In this document: positions 41,276-49,925 of the stretch, in pieces
Layout: the number at the start of each line of letters is the position of its first letter
Position numbering within the stretch: position 1 is the first letter of the stretch
Assembly (NCBI GenBank): GCA_016186395.1
Contig: JACPLU010000007.1
Location: 1-49,925, forward strand
Source of the DNA: Parcubacteria group bacterium
GTDB lineage: Bacteria; Patescibacteriota; Minisyncoccia; 2-02-FULL-40-12
Direction of reading: 5' to 3'
Length of the DNA stretch: 49,925 nt
The notes under the pieces: model-generated
Told to the model about the DNA's origin: nothing
The model's input: only the letters and a program-made list of their open reading frames with translations
Database searches by the model: none
Translations under genes and position numbers: made by a program

Positions 41276-42766
41276 TTATTTATCTGGTTCATTAAGAGAT
41301 TCTTTGATTCTGACTTTGTGAGGCTTAAGCGTCGTTAACCATTCTTTAAGAGCATAGGTGGCCCGAACATCATCTTCGTTATATTGAATGAGTTTTTTTA
41401 ATAGTTTCTCATCTTTAGTCTTAAGCCACTCGTCATACCAAACAACTGACTCCGCACCGCCGGCATCTTCGCTTGTCCATTTAAAACCAATGTAGCCAGC
41501 CACATCTTTAAGACTATAAAAATACAACGGCAAAATAACGCTATCAGTTACTGTTCTATGAAGATCAAAAGCGTGATCATTGAATTTTTCAATTAACTCC
41601 CTTGGGCCGCCATATTTTCTAAAAAGCCGGTTCAAAACATGCTTTTCATAATAACCGTAATGATAAATTGCCGTATTTTCATCTAAATCCTCTACAAATT
41701 TTAAAAACTCTCCCCAAATCTTGGATTCTTCGAGTTTGTCGTGAGCAAGAAAATATTTATATTTTGGCGTTTCAGAACCGTTTTTAATCAACAGACCCAT
41801 TAAATAATCAATACTTTGAGTAGGATCGCTTTCTATGTCAAAATAGACCTCGTTTTCCACTTCAGGTAAACTAGTCTTACTTAAAACTATCATTTTATTT
41901 TCTTTCAAAGATTGAGCTTGATTATGAAAGCGCAACAATTTATCAACCGGCCAATCTCTTAGTGTTTCCTGTAAACGATTAAAATCTGTTTCTGCAAATT
42001 GGGCTACAGTTTTAATTCCTAATTCATAAAGCCTTTTTTGATCAGACTGACTTAGTCTATAAATTAGAGAGACGTCATTACAACCCTGGGTGTCGGCAAT
42101 ACAAATTGAATACCAAGGAGTTCGCTTGCAACCGCTTTTTAAAAATGGCGCCGGTTTTTCACCATTAAGTATTTTTTCAATCCCTTCAAGCGTCCAATTG
42201 AAATCTTGAACATAATCCTCAATTAAAAAAGACCTCGGTTCACCTTCAGCATTTAAAATATAAGCTTCATTTGGTCTAACACCTTGAATATTTTCTAAAA
42301 TAAGACTTGCAAAAACCAAAGGAAATTTGTACTCATCTTTCATCTCCGGATCATTTCTTATGTCATAGGCCACATAGTACCAATCGCCTAAAGTGCTTTT
42401 TATTCCTTTTTGACCAGATGACTTTAATTCACTAACAGGCCTTGCCTCCAAAAAATCTGGTGTGCCAACCCAGTGTTCGTGCATTAAAATAGGCCGATAA
42501 ATATTTTTTCCCTGCTTCATAAACTCAAGTGTCACTGCAAAAGCTTCATCTAAATCTTGCGACAACTGTTCTGGTATCTTTTCAAACTGTTTGTGAGCAA
42601 AAAGATTTTCCGAATCTCTCACTCTTGATTCCAACAAAAGCTTCATTATTGCAGGAACATGTTTGTGCTTTTGCTGATCCTCGTAAAGGTCATACCAAAT
42701 CCAATGAGGACATAAAAAAAACTTATAAAAATGATCGCTGGTAACTTTAGTCGTGGCGCTAGACAT
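41276..42766 (-). CDS. TM0106-family RecB-like putative nuclease fused to a DEDD/RNase H-like exonuclease domain
   Basis: 496 aa with an N-terminal PD-(D/E)xK/Cas4-like region containing Cys residues, and C-terminal YFDIESDP...YHYGYYEK...YNEDDV motifs. Confidence 0.7.
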   Translation of the reverse strand: MSSATTKVTSDHFYKFFLCPHWIWYDLYEDQQKHKHVPAIMKLLLESRVRDSENLFAHKQFEKIPEQLSQDLDEAFAVTLEFMKQGKNIYRPILMHEHWVGTPDFLEARPVSELKSSGQKGIKSTLGDWYYVAYDIRNDPEMKDEYKFPLVFASLILENIQGVRPNEAYILNAEGEPRSFLIEDYVQDFNWTLEGIEKILNGEKPAPFLKSGCKRTPWYSICIADTQGCNDVSLIYRLSQSDQKRLYELGIKTVAQFAETDFNRLQETLRDWPVDKLLRFHNQAQSLKENKMIVLSKTSLPEVENEVYFDIESDPTQSIDYLMGLLIKNGSETPKYKYFLAHDKLEESKIWGEFLKFVEDLDENTAIYHYGYYEKHVLNRLFRKYGGPRELIEKFNDHAFDLHRTVTDSVILPLYFYSLKDVAGYIGFKWTSEDAGGAESVVWYDEWLKTKDEKLLKKLIQYNEDDVRATYALKEWLTTLKPHKVRIKESLNEPDK

Positions 42767-42800
42767 GATATCTAGTATATCTGATTTCCATTTAAATCAA

Positions 42801-42830
42801 AACCCCGCCCTTGAGCTCAAGGGCGGGGTT
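42801..42830. terminator. perfect 30-bp GC-rich palindrome (bidirectional terminator shape)
   Basis: AACCCCGCCCTTGAG|CTCAAGGGCGGGGTT, just downstream of the 42848..43114 stop. Confidence 0.7.
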
Positions 42831-42847
42831 GTTAAATTGAGTATCAA

Positions 42848-43114
42848 CTATTGAACTGGCTCATTAAGAACTTTTTCTATATCAGCCAACTCCTTATCAA
42901 GATCATTTAAATCTGTACTATTCAAATCTTTTTCTATGTCAGCCACGGAATCAGAAGTTCCCTGATCCAAAATATTAATTTCTTGCTGACCTAAACTTGG
43001 AGTAGGTGTTGCTGTTGGTTCACCCAGTGGACTACTTGATCTTAGGAAGAACCACCATCCTAAAACTAAAATAACTAATATGATTACAACCCAGGTTGTT
43101 TTTGATCCTTTCAC
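42848..43114 (-). CDS. small N-terminally anchored acidic protein (88 aa)
   Basis: One TM, then a PT-rich linker and an acidic tail. Apparent GTG start. Confidence 0.45.
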   Translation of the reverse strand: MKGSKTTWVVIILVILVLGWWFFLRSSSPLGEPTATPTPSLGQQEINILDQGTSDSVADIEKDLNSTDLNDLDKELADIEKVLNEPVQ

Positions 43115-43181
43115 TTTTTACACAGAATCAAGAAATGAAATTATTGATTTTACTTCATAATTTTTCCTTCTTGATTCAATT

Positions 43182-43952
43182 CTAGGAAGCTGTAGGAGTC
43201 GGAGTTGCTGTATCACTTGGCGTTGAAGTAGGGGTTGGCGTTTCAGAAGAACTTGGTGTCGGAGTTGGAGTTCCAGACCCACTCGGGGTTGGAGTCGGAG
43301 TAGCTGTACTAGAAGGTGTTGGGGTAGGGCTTACTGAAGAAGTTGGACTTGCAGTAGGCGATGGCGATATGCCCGAAGCACCTTTTAATAATTTAATTGT
43401 ATCAACCAAAAGCCTATGGGCAGTCTTAATCTGTTTAACAATTTCCTTAACCAGTCCTCTTACTTCTTCAAAGTTTTTCTTGGGATTACTTGACTCAAGC
43501 AGATCGTCAACTTTTGTGTCACCCTCTTTTAGCATATCCTTTGCTTTTTGAATCGCAACTTTGGCTTGATCAAGCTTAGATTGGGCAGAAGCTACGTCTT
43601 TACCTAAATCTTTTAATTTATTTATCCTTGACTGGATTCTTTCAGCCATCTTATCTAAACGCCTTATCATAATTTCTAAACGATGTTTCATCTTAGTCCA
43701 AAAAGCTTTAATTCTTTCAGCTCTCTTTGTATCAACCCTAGCTTGAGCCTCTGCTCGTTTGCTTTCTTTAATTTCAGCCCTTTCTTCTTGCCTCTCTTGT
43801 TTATCAATCGGTGTCGGCTTTGGTGACCTAGTTGGCGTAGCAGAAGACGAACTAAATGGCTTACCTCTTTGGGCCAGAGAAACACCCGAAAGAACCAATA
43901 AAAAACCGCCTAAAACTAAGGTAGTAATCAGAATTGATGTTGATTTTTTCAT
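43182..43952 (-). CDS. secreted coiled-coil protein with a PT/S-rich C-terminus
   Basis: 256 aa with a signal peptide, a long K/E/R-rich helical region and an (S/T)P-rich tail. Confidence 0.5.
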   Translation of the reverse strand: MKKSTSILITTLVLGGFLLVLSGVSLAQRGKPFSSSSATPTRSPKPTPIDKQERQEERAEIKESKRAEAQARVDTKRAERIKAFWTKMKHRLEIMIRRLDKMAERIQSRINKLKDLGKDVASAQSKLDQAKVAIQKAKDMLKEGDTKVDDLLESSNPKKNFEEVRGLVKEIVKQIKTAHRLLVDTIKLLKGASGISPSPTASPTSSVSPTPTPSSTATPTPTPSGSGTPTPTPSSSETPTPTSTPSDTATPTPTAS

Positions 43953-44122
43953 AGTATTTAAAATCCTCGCATATTGGGTTTACCAAGTCAAGGAACGGTA
44001 TTAACAATCCCGTACTCCGAGGAATACCATAGGCGCTCGCCTTGCACAGCCTCGGCGAAGCAAGATAAGCCCGCCTAAGTTCTGTTTCGCAGAATTTTGG
44101 CGGGTAAATCCGTGGACTTCTG

Positions 44123-44599
44123 CTATTCCTTTGTGCTTTCGGATGTCTTTTCGGTTTGGGTACCGATGTTTATCGGCGCCACTTCAACTATTTTATTTTC
44201 AGCCGGTCTATAAAGAATGGCCTTTCTTAAATTAGTATAAATCAATACCTTATCTCCAATTTGCGCATTGATAAAAAATGGCTGCGATTTCAAGGCCTCT
44301 AGATCAGAGACGGTTGCTACTGTCGGCGTTTCTCCCTCCGGCAAAATAATTAATTTAGAAACAGAAGCTATTAACTTGAGTGTTTCTTCCTGGACGACAA
44401 TTTGAGAACTTTTTCTTAAGGCCGCGGCCTGATACCAAAAATAACCGGCTAATCCAACGGCTATAAAAACCACTGCAATTAAAATAAGGGGCGATAATTT
44501 TTTAATTTTTTCCACTACTGTTACCTCCTGATTCGCCGCCTCTTTCAAATCTTCTAATTGTTTTAGTTTTTCCGTTGTAATATTTTTATTGGGTTCCAT
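44123..44599 (-). CDS. single-TM hypothetical protein (158 aa)
   Basis: ATG start, one central TM and a beta-rich ectodomain. Confidence 0.45.
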   Translation of the reverse strand: MEPNKNITTEKLKQLEDLKEAANQEVTVVEKIKKLSPLILIAVVFIAVGLAGYFWYQAAALRKSSQIVVQEETLKLIASVSKLIILPEGETPTVATVSDLEALKSQPFFINAQIGDKVLIYTNLRKAILYRPAENKIVEVAPINIGTQTEKTSESTKE

Positions 44600-44655
44600 A
44601 AAACTATATTATACAACACTTACTTATTTATTTTCAACAATTTTTGCGAATAACT

Positions 44656-45288
44656 TTAATTAAAGAATTTGAGCGTTAGGAGCATGTTGTCAAAAACATC
44701 TACACTATTGCCTGGTACGTATTCTGCCAGTGGTTTCTCTTCCCAGTGAAAAATCAGAACATAATCAGCACCGTCTATTTTTACCTTGGGTCCGACGAAT
44801 ATTTTTACCTGGCCGGCACTATCTCCACCATAACTTCCATAATCAATCAGGTCATACCTTTTGAACTCTCTGCCATCTATCTGACCGGTGCTATCAGGAC
44901 TTCTTCTCTTACTGTTGTCTATTTGATATTGTAGCTCGGTCAGATGAAAAATTTCGGCCAAAACTAAATCAAAAAAAATCGGCGCTTTGACGGTAAACTG
45001 ATTATAAAATTGGATTTTGGCAGGGCTAAAATACTGGCTTTCGTTAAACCACCCCGCCGGATATTGGAACTTAAATTTGTCGCTGATATCGGCGCTCCCG
45101 TGGAAATTATCAAAAGTAAATGTCTTAAGCCCGTTACTTTCCTCTTCCTTATTATTAGTGGGCTGGGGTATAAAAACAGAAAGTTGACCGTTTTCAACCT
45201 GTTTTTTAACAAAAACAAAATAGCTCACTGCCACGGCAACTACCACAAATAAAATAACTGCGACTATTTTTCTTGAATTTTTACCCAT
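44656..45288 (-). CDS. N-terminally anchored hypothetical protein (210 aa)
   Basis: ATG start with signal-anchor VAVILFVVVAVAVSYFVFV. Confidence 0.45.
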   Translation of the reverse strand: MGKNSRKIVAVILFVVVAVAVSYFVFVKKQVENGQLSVFIPQPTNNKEEESNGLKTFTFDNFHGSADISDKFKFQYPAGWFNESQYFSPAKIQFYNQFTVKAPIFFDLVLAEIFHLTELQYQIDNSKRRSPDSTGQIDGREFKRYDLIDYGSYGGDSAGQVKIFVGPKVKIDGADYVLIFHWEEKPLAEYVPGNSVDVFDNMLLTLKFFN

Positions 45289-45319
45289 TTATACTCAAAA
45301 TTGTCGGATCTACCAAATG

Positions 45320-45937
45320 CTACTTCATATATTGTTCCGCCATGGAGATTAAAAATTTCTTGACCTCCTCCCAGTTTACCTGTTTAATCATTTCAGGCAT
45401 CGGCATTCTTTCTGCGTCTTCAAAGTAAGTAAGCGCCTTCAAAAGGTGGGTTATATTGTACTCAACCTTAAATTTTTTAGGCATCAGGTCTATCAGTGTT
45501 TCCAGAGAAAAATTATGCAACAGAAAGTACATATCAACAAAGTCCTTTTTACTCCCGCGGCTGGCGATCGCATCTAATTTCATGCAAGCGATATCTTTTT
45601 CGTCAGCTAAATATAAATTTTGATTGTACTTTTTTTTAGAAAAAAGTAACTTATAGGGGTAACAGAAAAAGCTTACCTCAACGTTGTCCAACTGGCCATG
45701 GAATGTGTCTTCGGATTGACTGATAATCTTCAACTTCCCTGCCGAACTTAACTTACGACGAAATTCCTCCGTAAATTTAAATTCCTGACCAAACCAATCA
45801 AGATCAACGGAAAAACGATGTCCAAAATAAAGCGCCAGAGCGGTGCCACCGGCTAAATAAACGTTTTTGGTAAGAATGGCATCTCCTAACGATTCAAAAA
45901 CGCGCTTGGTATTTGAGGTAAGTGCTTCCGTGTGCAT
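45320..45937 (-). CDS. nucleotidyltransferase AbiEii/AbiGii-family toxin (DUF1814-like)
   Basis: 205 aa with ...VYLAGGTALALYFGHRFSVDLDWF...KLDAIASRGSKKDFVDMYFL, characteristic of AbiEii toxins. Confidence 0.8.
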   Translation of the reverse strand: MHTEALTSNTKRVFESLGDAILTKNVYLAGGTALALYFGHRFSVDLDWFGQEFKFTEEFRRKLSSAGKLKIISQSEDTFHGQLDNVEVSFFCYPYKLLFSKKKYNQNLYLADEKDIACMKLDAIASRGSKKDFVDMYFLLHNFSLETLIDLMPKKFKVEYNITHLLKALTYFEDAERMPMPEMIKQVNWEEVKKFLISMAEQYMK

Positions 45938-46203
45938 GATAAAGATTTTGGGGGTAATTTAAGAATCAGCTCCCAGAAATTTACACTTCTCTGAGATTCA
46001 AAAGGGTGTTCTTGGGCCGTTTTTCTAATTTTCTCCAATCCGTAAATTTTTTTTATCGCTTCCCATTCATCCAAATCACCGAAATCCAAAACCCGGCCAA
46101 TAATAAATTCGGCGTTCTTTTCAATGTCAAGTTTTTCGGAATTTACATCCCAAAACAAAGAATCCCTAAAACGGCCGATTTTTATACTCATTTTGTCTCT
46201 CAT
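45886..46203 (-). CDS. cognate small upstream partner (putative antitoxin) of the AbiEii-like toxin
   Basis: 105 aa with ...LFWDVNSEKLDIEKNAEFIIGRVLDFGDLDEWEAIKKIYG.... Overlaps the toxin ORF by 52 nt in another frame. Confidence 0.55.
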   Translation of the reverse strand: MRDKMSIKIGRFRDSLFWDVNSEKLDIEKNAEFIIGRVLDFGDLDEWEAIKKIYGLEKIRKTAQEHPFESQRSVNFWELILKLPPKSLSCTRKHLPQIPSAFLNR

Positions 46204-46281
46204 ATACTCTAAAGTATATCAAAAATCTCATCAAATTTCAACAAAAGATAAATCGGGATATCTTGTTTTACCTGACGAGAT

Positions 46282-47259
46282 TTATCTGAACTTGACCAAC
46301 CCGCGAATTTTAACATTTCCTCTTATTACATGGCCGGCAGGAATATAGGTGATGACGATAAGGCCTGGGCCACCGTCTGCAAAAGGGCTGGCTTGTACCT
46401 CTCCACCACCACCACCACCACCATATGAGCCACCAGCGCCACCCGCAACGCCATTAGTGCCGCCTTCTCCACCACCACCAGAACCGTGAGTGCTATCCCA
46501 CTCACTTCCATTTCCACCATTAACACCATTAGTAGTGCCGGTGGAGCCACCGATGCCACCATAACCGGCATCTCCTGAACCGCCGGCGCCAGTACTAGTT
46601 CCAGCTACACCAACTCCTCCATCTCCCCATGGTCCACCAGCGCCTCCTCCTCCTCCTCCTGCATCAGCAGTACCATCATCTCCAGCTCCACCATCTCCAC
46701 CATTAGTTTTTTTTGTCCCAACACCATTAGAAGCCAAACCACCGGCCCCATTAGTAATAGCGTTGCCAGCGCTTAGCTTTCCACCCTCGGCTTTAACACA
46801 GAGCGCGCTATCTGTGCAAAGGGCGAAGCTTGCCGCGTTAAACCAAGTGTTGCCTCCGCTGGTCCCACTAGCGTTATTGGTTTCTCCACCTGCGCCAGCA
46901 GCTCCAACGCTGAAATTATCGGTGGAGTTTAATACAGTGCCACGAGTGAGTGGAATATTTACGCTTCTTGAATACGCACCACCTCCTGCTCCGCCAGTTC
47001 CTTCGTTACTGCCGTCTCCGGCTCCGCCTCCGCCACCAATCACCTCAACCATGTTAGCTTGATTGTTCCAATCATTGGGAACGGTCCAAGTTGTGTCTGC
47101 GGTTGTAAGAAAGACGACCTTTCTAAATGCCGCTTCCGCTTCGGGGATTTCATAAATCCCGCCAGAAAAAGGAAAAACAAAAGTAACCACTAAAATAAAT
47201 GCAATAATATTTTTGGGATTAATAATATTCCGCATGGTCTTTTTAGAAAATTCTAACAT
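46282..47259 (-). CDS. secreted glycine-rich protein
   Basis: 325 aa with a signal-anchor, TWTVPNDW...VEVIGGGGGAG and long GGxG tracts, ending GGPGLIVITY. The ATG lies 1 nt after the stop of the giant gene. Much more GC-rich than the flanks. Confidence 0.65.
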   Translation of the reverse strand: MLEFSKKTMRNIINPKNIIAFILVVTFVFPFSGGIYEIPEAEAAFRKVVFLTTADTTWTVPNDWNNQANMVEVIGGGGGAGDGSNEGTGGAGGGAYSRSVNIPLTRGTVLNSTDNFSVGAAGAGGETNNASGTSGGNTWFNAASFALCTDSALCVKAEGGKLSAGNAITNGAGGLASNGVGTKKTNGGDGGAGDDGTADAGGGGGGAGGPWGDGGVGVAGTSTGAGGSGDAGYGGIGGSTGTTNGVNGGNGSEWDSTHGSGGGGEGGTNGVAGGAGGSYGGGGGGGEVQASPFADGGPGLIVITYIPAGHVIRGNVKIRGLVKFR

Positions 47260-47260
47260 A

Positions 47261-49925
47261 TTATGGCGTCAAACTTACAGAAGACGTTACCGAGGGCGGC
47301 CCTTGGAAAATTTCTGTTGCTGAAGTTTCGCTTGGCGTAGGCGTGGGCGTGGGCGTGGGCGTGGGCGTTAATTCAGAGGTTGAAGTTAGAGTTTCAACTA
47401 ACGCGGGACTGGGTTCCGGAGTTGGACTAAATGATTCACTTGGACTGGATGGCGTAGGCGTTAATTCAGAGGTTGAAGTTAGAGTTTCAACTAATGTGGG
47501 ACTGGGTTCCGGAGTTGGACTAAATGATTCACTTGGACTGGATAATGGTGTTGGTGTTGGTGTTGGTGTTGGTGAAACAATCGGCGAGAATACTGTCTTT
47601 GCATTTTTAATCGCTAAAGCAATCCAACTAAATTGTACGTCAAAAGGTGCTGGCTTGTTAAGCTTAACGGTAAATCCTTTTGTGTTTTTATTTGAAACAA
47701 TATAGCGAATATCACTATCAAACAGTAATTGCTCATCGGCTTCACTTGCTGAAGCAGTATTTAATGACAAGGTTAAATTAACAACCGGCTGATTAAGGTA
47801 TTCATTTTCAAAAGATACACTGGCACGAGTTGACCCCTCTGTTACTACAATAAACCCACCAGTATCAGTATTGAAGTACGGTCGGCCGAAGAATTCGACA
47901 TCACTGTTGAACAACACCAATCCCCCTTCCGATCCAATACTATCAACCGTCAGTCCACCATTAAATATCGCTGACCCTTCAACACTCAAGCCGGCCCCAA
48001 GAGCCAAATTATCTTCAGGATTAAAGGATGTACTAGCAAAAGTATTTAATTGATCGCCAATCAATGATAATTGATTTCTAAACTCGGCACTTTCGCTGGA
48101 CAAAACCAGTAATTGACTATTTATAACACTTAGAATTGGACTTTCTAGGTTATCGACAGTTATTTTAAACGCCTTTAATTCATTAAATGAAGCGGGACCA
48201 ATAAACTGGCTCTCTCCTTCAACCACCAATCCACCCATAGATCTTAATGTGCCCAAAATAGTAGCCTGATCTAGCTTGATTGAATCCTTTGGCGTTGAGA
48301 GACTTTCTATTTGACCAGAAAGAAGAGATATTTTATTGGTAATCAAATCTAAGCCAGAGATTGTATCGGCATTAATTTTATTCGCCTTAATCTCACCAGT
48401 AAAGAGTGCGTTACCGTCACTGTCAAATGATGCGACTATACCGTTTTCGGAATTATTAATTGTAAATAGGCCGTCAGAAGAAAGATTCACAGATAGTCTA
48501 TCACTAGACAACGAGTTTATAGAATCAGTAAATAAATCTTTGGTATAAATTTTAGGCGAGATGATTTCAATACCTGCTGCTACACGATCAGCTAAGATTT
48601 CTGACAGACTGCCTGTTGCGGCTTGCTGATTAAATTGAGATATAAGAACTTCAGCAAAACCCCTGCTTCCTGGTACAACTGAATCTAAACCGTCTACTAC
48701 ACTTTCTAAACTTTGGCCATTATAGAATCCGACGTTAACAAAAGTAACAACAGAGCCAATTTTTGTCCCCGAGGACGGCCCTTGATTTGGTTGGTATGAT
48801 TCCATCGCTTGCCCAACTACATATCCGGATTTAATTGCCTTCATAGCCACCCCCGGAATTGATGAAGTCGTTAAGAAATCCCCTATCTCTATTGGCCCGT
48901 TTTCGTTTGAAACCTTCAATGGCACCCTTCCGGCAAGAGCAATTGGAACGTAACCATCTTTCTGAACATCAAAATCTCCGCTTAAAACCCTATCGCCATC
49001 CAAAAGAATACCCGGCTTCGTTGAAACAATTCCAATAAGACGCCCTCCTTTAATTGCCTTAACTACATGTATTGGATTTGATCCGTCTGCTGTTACAATA
49101 TCTCCTGCCTCAAGTGTAGCATCATTAGTTGGATAACTTTCTGCCAAGTCAACACATTTACCGGCATGCGGACTTGCTGAACAATCAGTTAGAGTAGAGC
49201 GAGCAGTAAGATACCCTCTGATTGCAAAACTTCCGGCATTACTCATTGAAGCTAAAGTGTTGCTTAGTGAATCAGTAACCCACAAAGCTGCATGGGGAAT
49301 TTGAACCGAAGATGACGCTATAACAGAAATAGTTAGTGCGCTCGTTGCACCCGCTAACGTTTGATTAGTCGCAGTAATGTCTATGCCAGGATTTTTTGAG
49401 GCCGAAGCAGTTGTATCAACTACAAATATATCATCGCTGTATCCACCCGTACCGTCACCGACAACAAATGCTCTTGCCGCATTAACATCAAAAGTGAAAG
49501 GCCTTGAAACAGAAGCACCACCAGTATTAAGAAAAGTAAAAAATGGTGTACCATTATCTGAAAAAACAATGTCGTCAGTCGTAGTTAAGTTAAAGGTTAA
49601 AGAAGAAGAAGCAGTAATAGTTGTATCCTGATCCACGGTCATGGCTTGGACAAACTCATCAAAATCTAATGAGTTTGAGGCGGTAGAACCTCCATCATCA
49701 TCCGTACAAGAAAAGGTTCCGGTCTCACTTGACCAGTTCAAGGCTTTGTTCCCGGCTCCGGCATCACAATCAGTTAAGGAGGCGCCATAAAATGCATTCC
49801 CGGCAGTTAAACCCTTGGTAACTGTTAAGGACCCGCTAAAGGAAGAAGAGCCAACCCCGGAAACAGTTAAGTTACCTGTTCTGCTAAGAGTTAAATAGTT
49901 AGTGCCGGAAGCAGAAGCAATACTA
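47261..49925 (-). CDS. giant surface protein, C-terminal 888 codons (5' end outside window)
   Basis: The frame of ORF 47261..49741 stays open to nt 49925. S/T/G/N-rich beta-type sequence, with a C-terminal PT-rich tandem repeat. Confidence 0.7.
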   Translation of the reverse strand, partial: SIASASGTNYLTLSRTGNLTVSGVGSSSFSGSLTVTKGLTAGNAFYGASLTDCDAGAGNKALNWSSETGTFSCTDDDGGSTASNSLDFDEFVQAMTVDQDTTITASSSLTFNLTTTDDIVFSDNGTPFFTFLNTGGASVSRPFTFDVNAARAFVVGDGTGGYSDDIFVVDTTASASKNPGIDITATNQTLAGATSALTISVIASSSVQIPHAALWVTDSLSNTLASMSNAGSFAIRGYLTARSTLTDCSASPHAGKCVDLAESYPTNDATLEAGDIVTADGSNPIHVVKAIKGGRLIGIVSTKPGILLDGDRVLSGDFDVQKDGYVPIALAGRVPLKVSNENGPIEIGDFLTTSSIPGVAMKAIKSGYVVGQAMESYQPNQGPSSGTKIGSVVTFVNVGFYNGQSLESVVDGLDSVVPGSRGFAEVLISQFNQQAATGSLSEILADRVAAGIEIISPKIYTKDLFTDSINSLSSDRLSVNLSSDGLFTINNSENGIVASFDSDGNALFTGEIKANKINADTISGLDLITNKISLLSGQIESLSTPKDSIKLDQATILGTLRSMGGLVVEGESQFIGPASFNELKAFKITVDNLESPILSVINSQLLVLSSESAEFRNQLSLIGDQLNTFASTSFNPEDNLALGAGLSVEGSAIFNGGLTVDSIGSEGGLVLFNSDVEFFGRPYFNTDTGGFIVVTEGSTRASVSFENEYLNQPVVNLTLSLNTASASEADEQLLFDSDIRYIVSNKNTKGFTVKLNKPAPFDVQFSWIALAIKNAKTVFSPIVSPTPTPTPTPLSSPSESFSPTPEPSPTLVETLTSTSELTPTPSSPSESFSPTPEPSPALVETLTSTSELTPTPTPTPTPTPSETSATEIFQGPPSVTSSVSLTP
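47334..47573. repeat. coding tandem repeats: (GGCGTR)6, 2 x 93 nt, (GGTGTT)4
   Basis: Hexamers at 47334-47369 and 47547-47570 encode (TP)n. The 93-nt units start at 47364 and 47457 and encode SPSESFSPTPEPSP(T/A)LVETLTSTSELTPTP. Confidence 0.9.

Noticed and set aside
46326-47062. Alternative-frame ORFs 46326..46571 (-) and 46763..47062 (+) inside the Gly-rich gene, and 47343..47705 (+) opposite the PT repeats
   Set aside because: These are open frames created by GGN/CCN codon repetition. The long frame with a signal peptide and coupling to the upstream gene is the coherent one.
1-49925. CRISPR arrays, rRNA genes, transposases and integrases
   Set aside because: No regularly spaced direct repeats, no rRNA-like conserved blocks and no recombinase- or transposase-like ORFs were seen in any frame.

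Overview
AT-rich, gene-dense bacterial window with almost all genes on the minus strand. The gene content suggests a reduced-genome, CPR/Patescibacteria-like organism (inference): serS, lysS, greA, PBP2, mreB, an INS-less proS, rseP, frr, holB, murG, polX, EndoQ, secDF, class A PBP, a RecB-like nuclease and two tRNAs. Three accessory regions stand out. (1) About 14.2-18.9 kb is a modular islet between murG and polX. It carries ogt, a UDG, small Zn-ribbon ORFs, hicAB, a GNAT-like gene and four GC-rich non-coding transcription units with sigma70-type promoters and/or intrinsic terminators. One of these is a tRNA-like, tmRNA-TLD-like RNA, and the next small RNA is complementary to its internal loop. 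A roughly 25-nt motif marks the right edge of each module. A duplicated polX 3' end brackets 2.2 kb of the islet. (2) About 28.9-33.3 kb encodes a membrane protein, a soluble VirD4/TraD-like ATPase and an HD phosphohydrolase. (3) About 42.8-49.9 kb encodes surface and secreted proteins (a giant PT-rich protein and a Gly-rich protein) with an embedded AbiEii-type TA pair. Other features are two homologous nested-hairpin intergenic elements with compensatory changes, in-frame GC-rich palindromic inserts in polX, a (CT)7 tract that frameshifts a repeat-protein gene, and a conserved ATTCGTATATT box just upstream of several SD-less housekeeping genes. No CRISPR array, rRNA or transposase was seen. 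All RNA calls come from the sequence alone and are untested.
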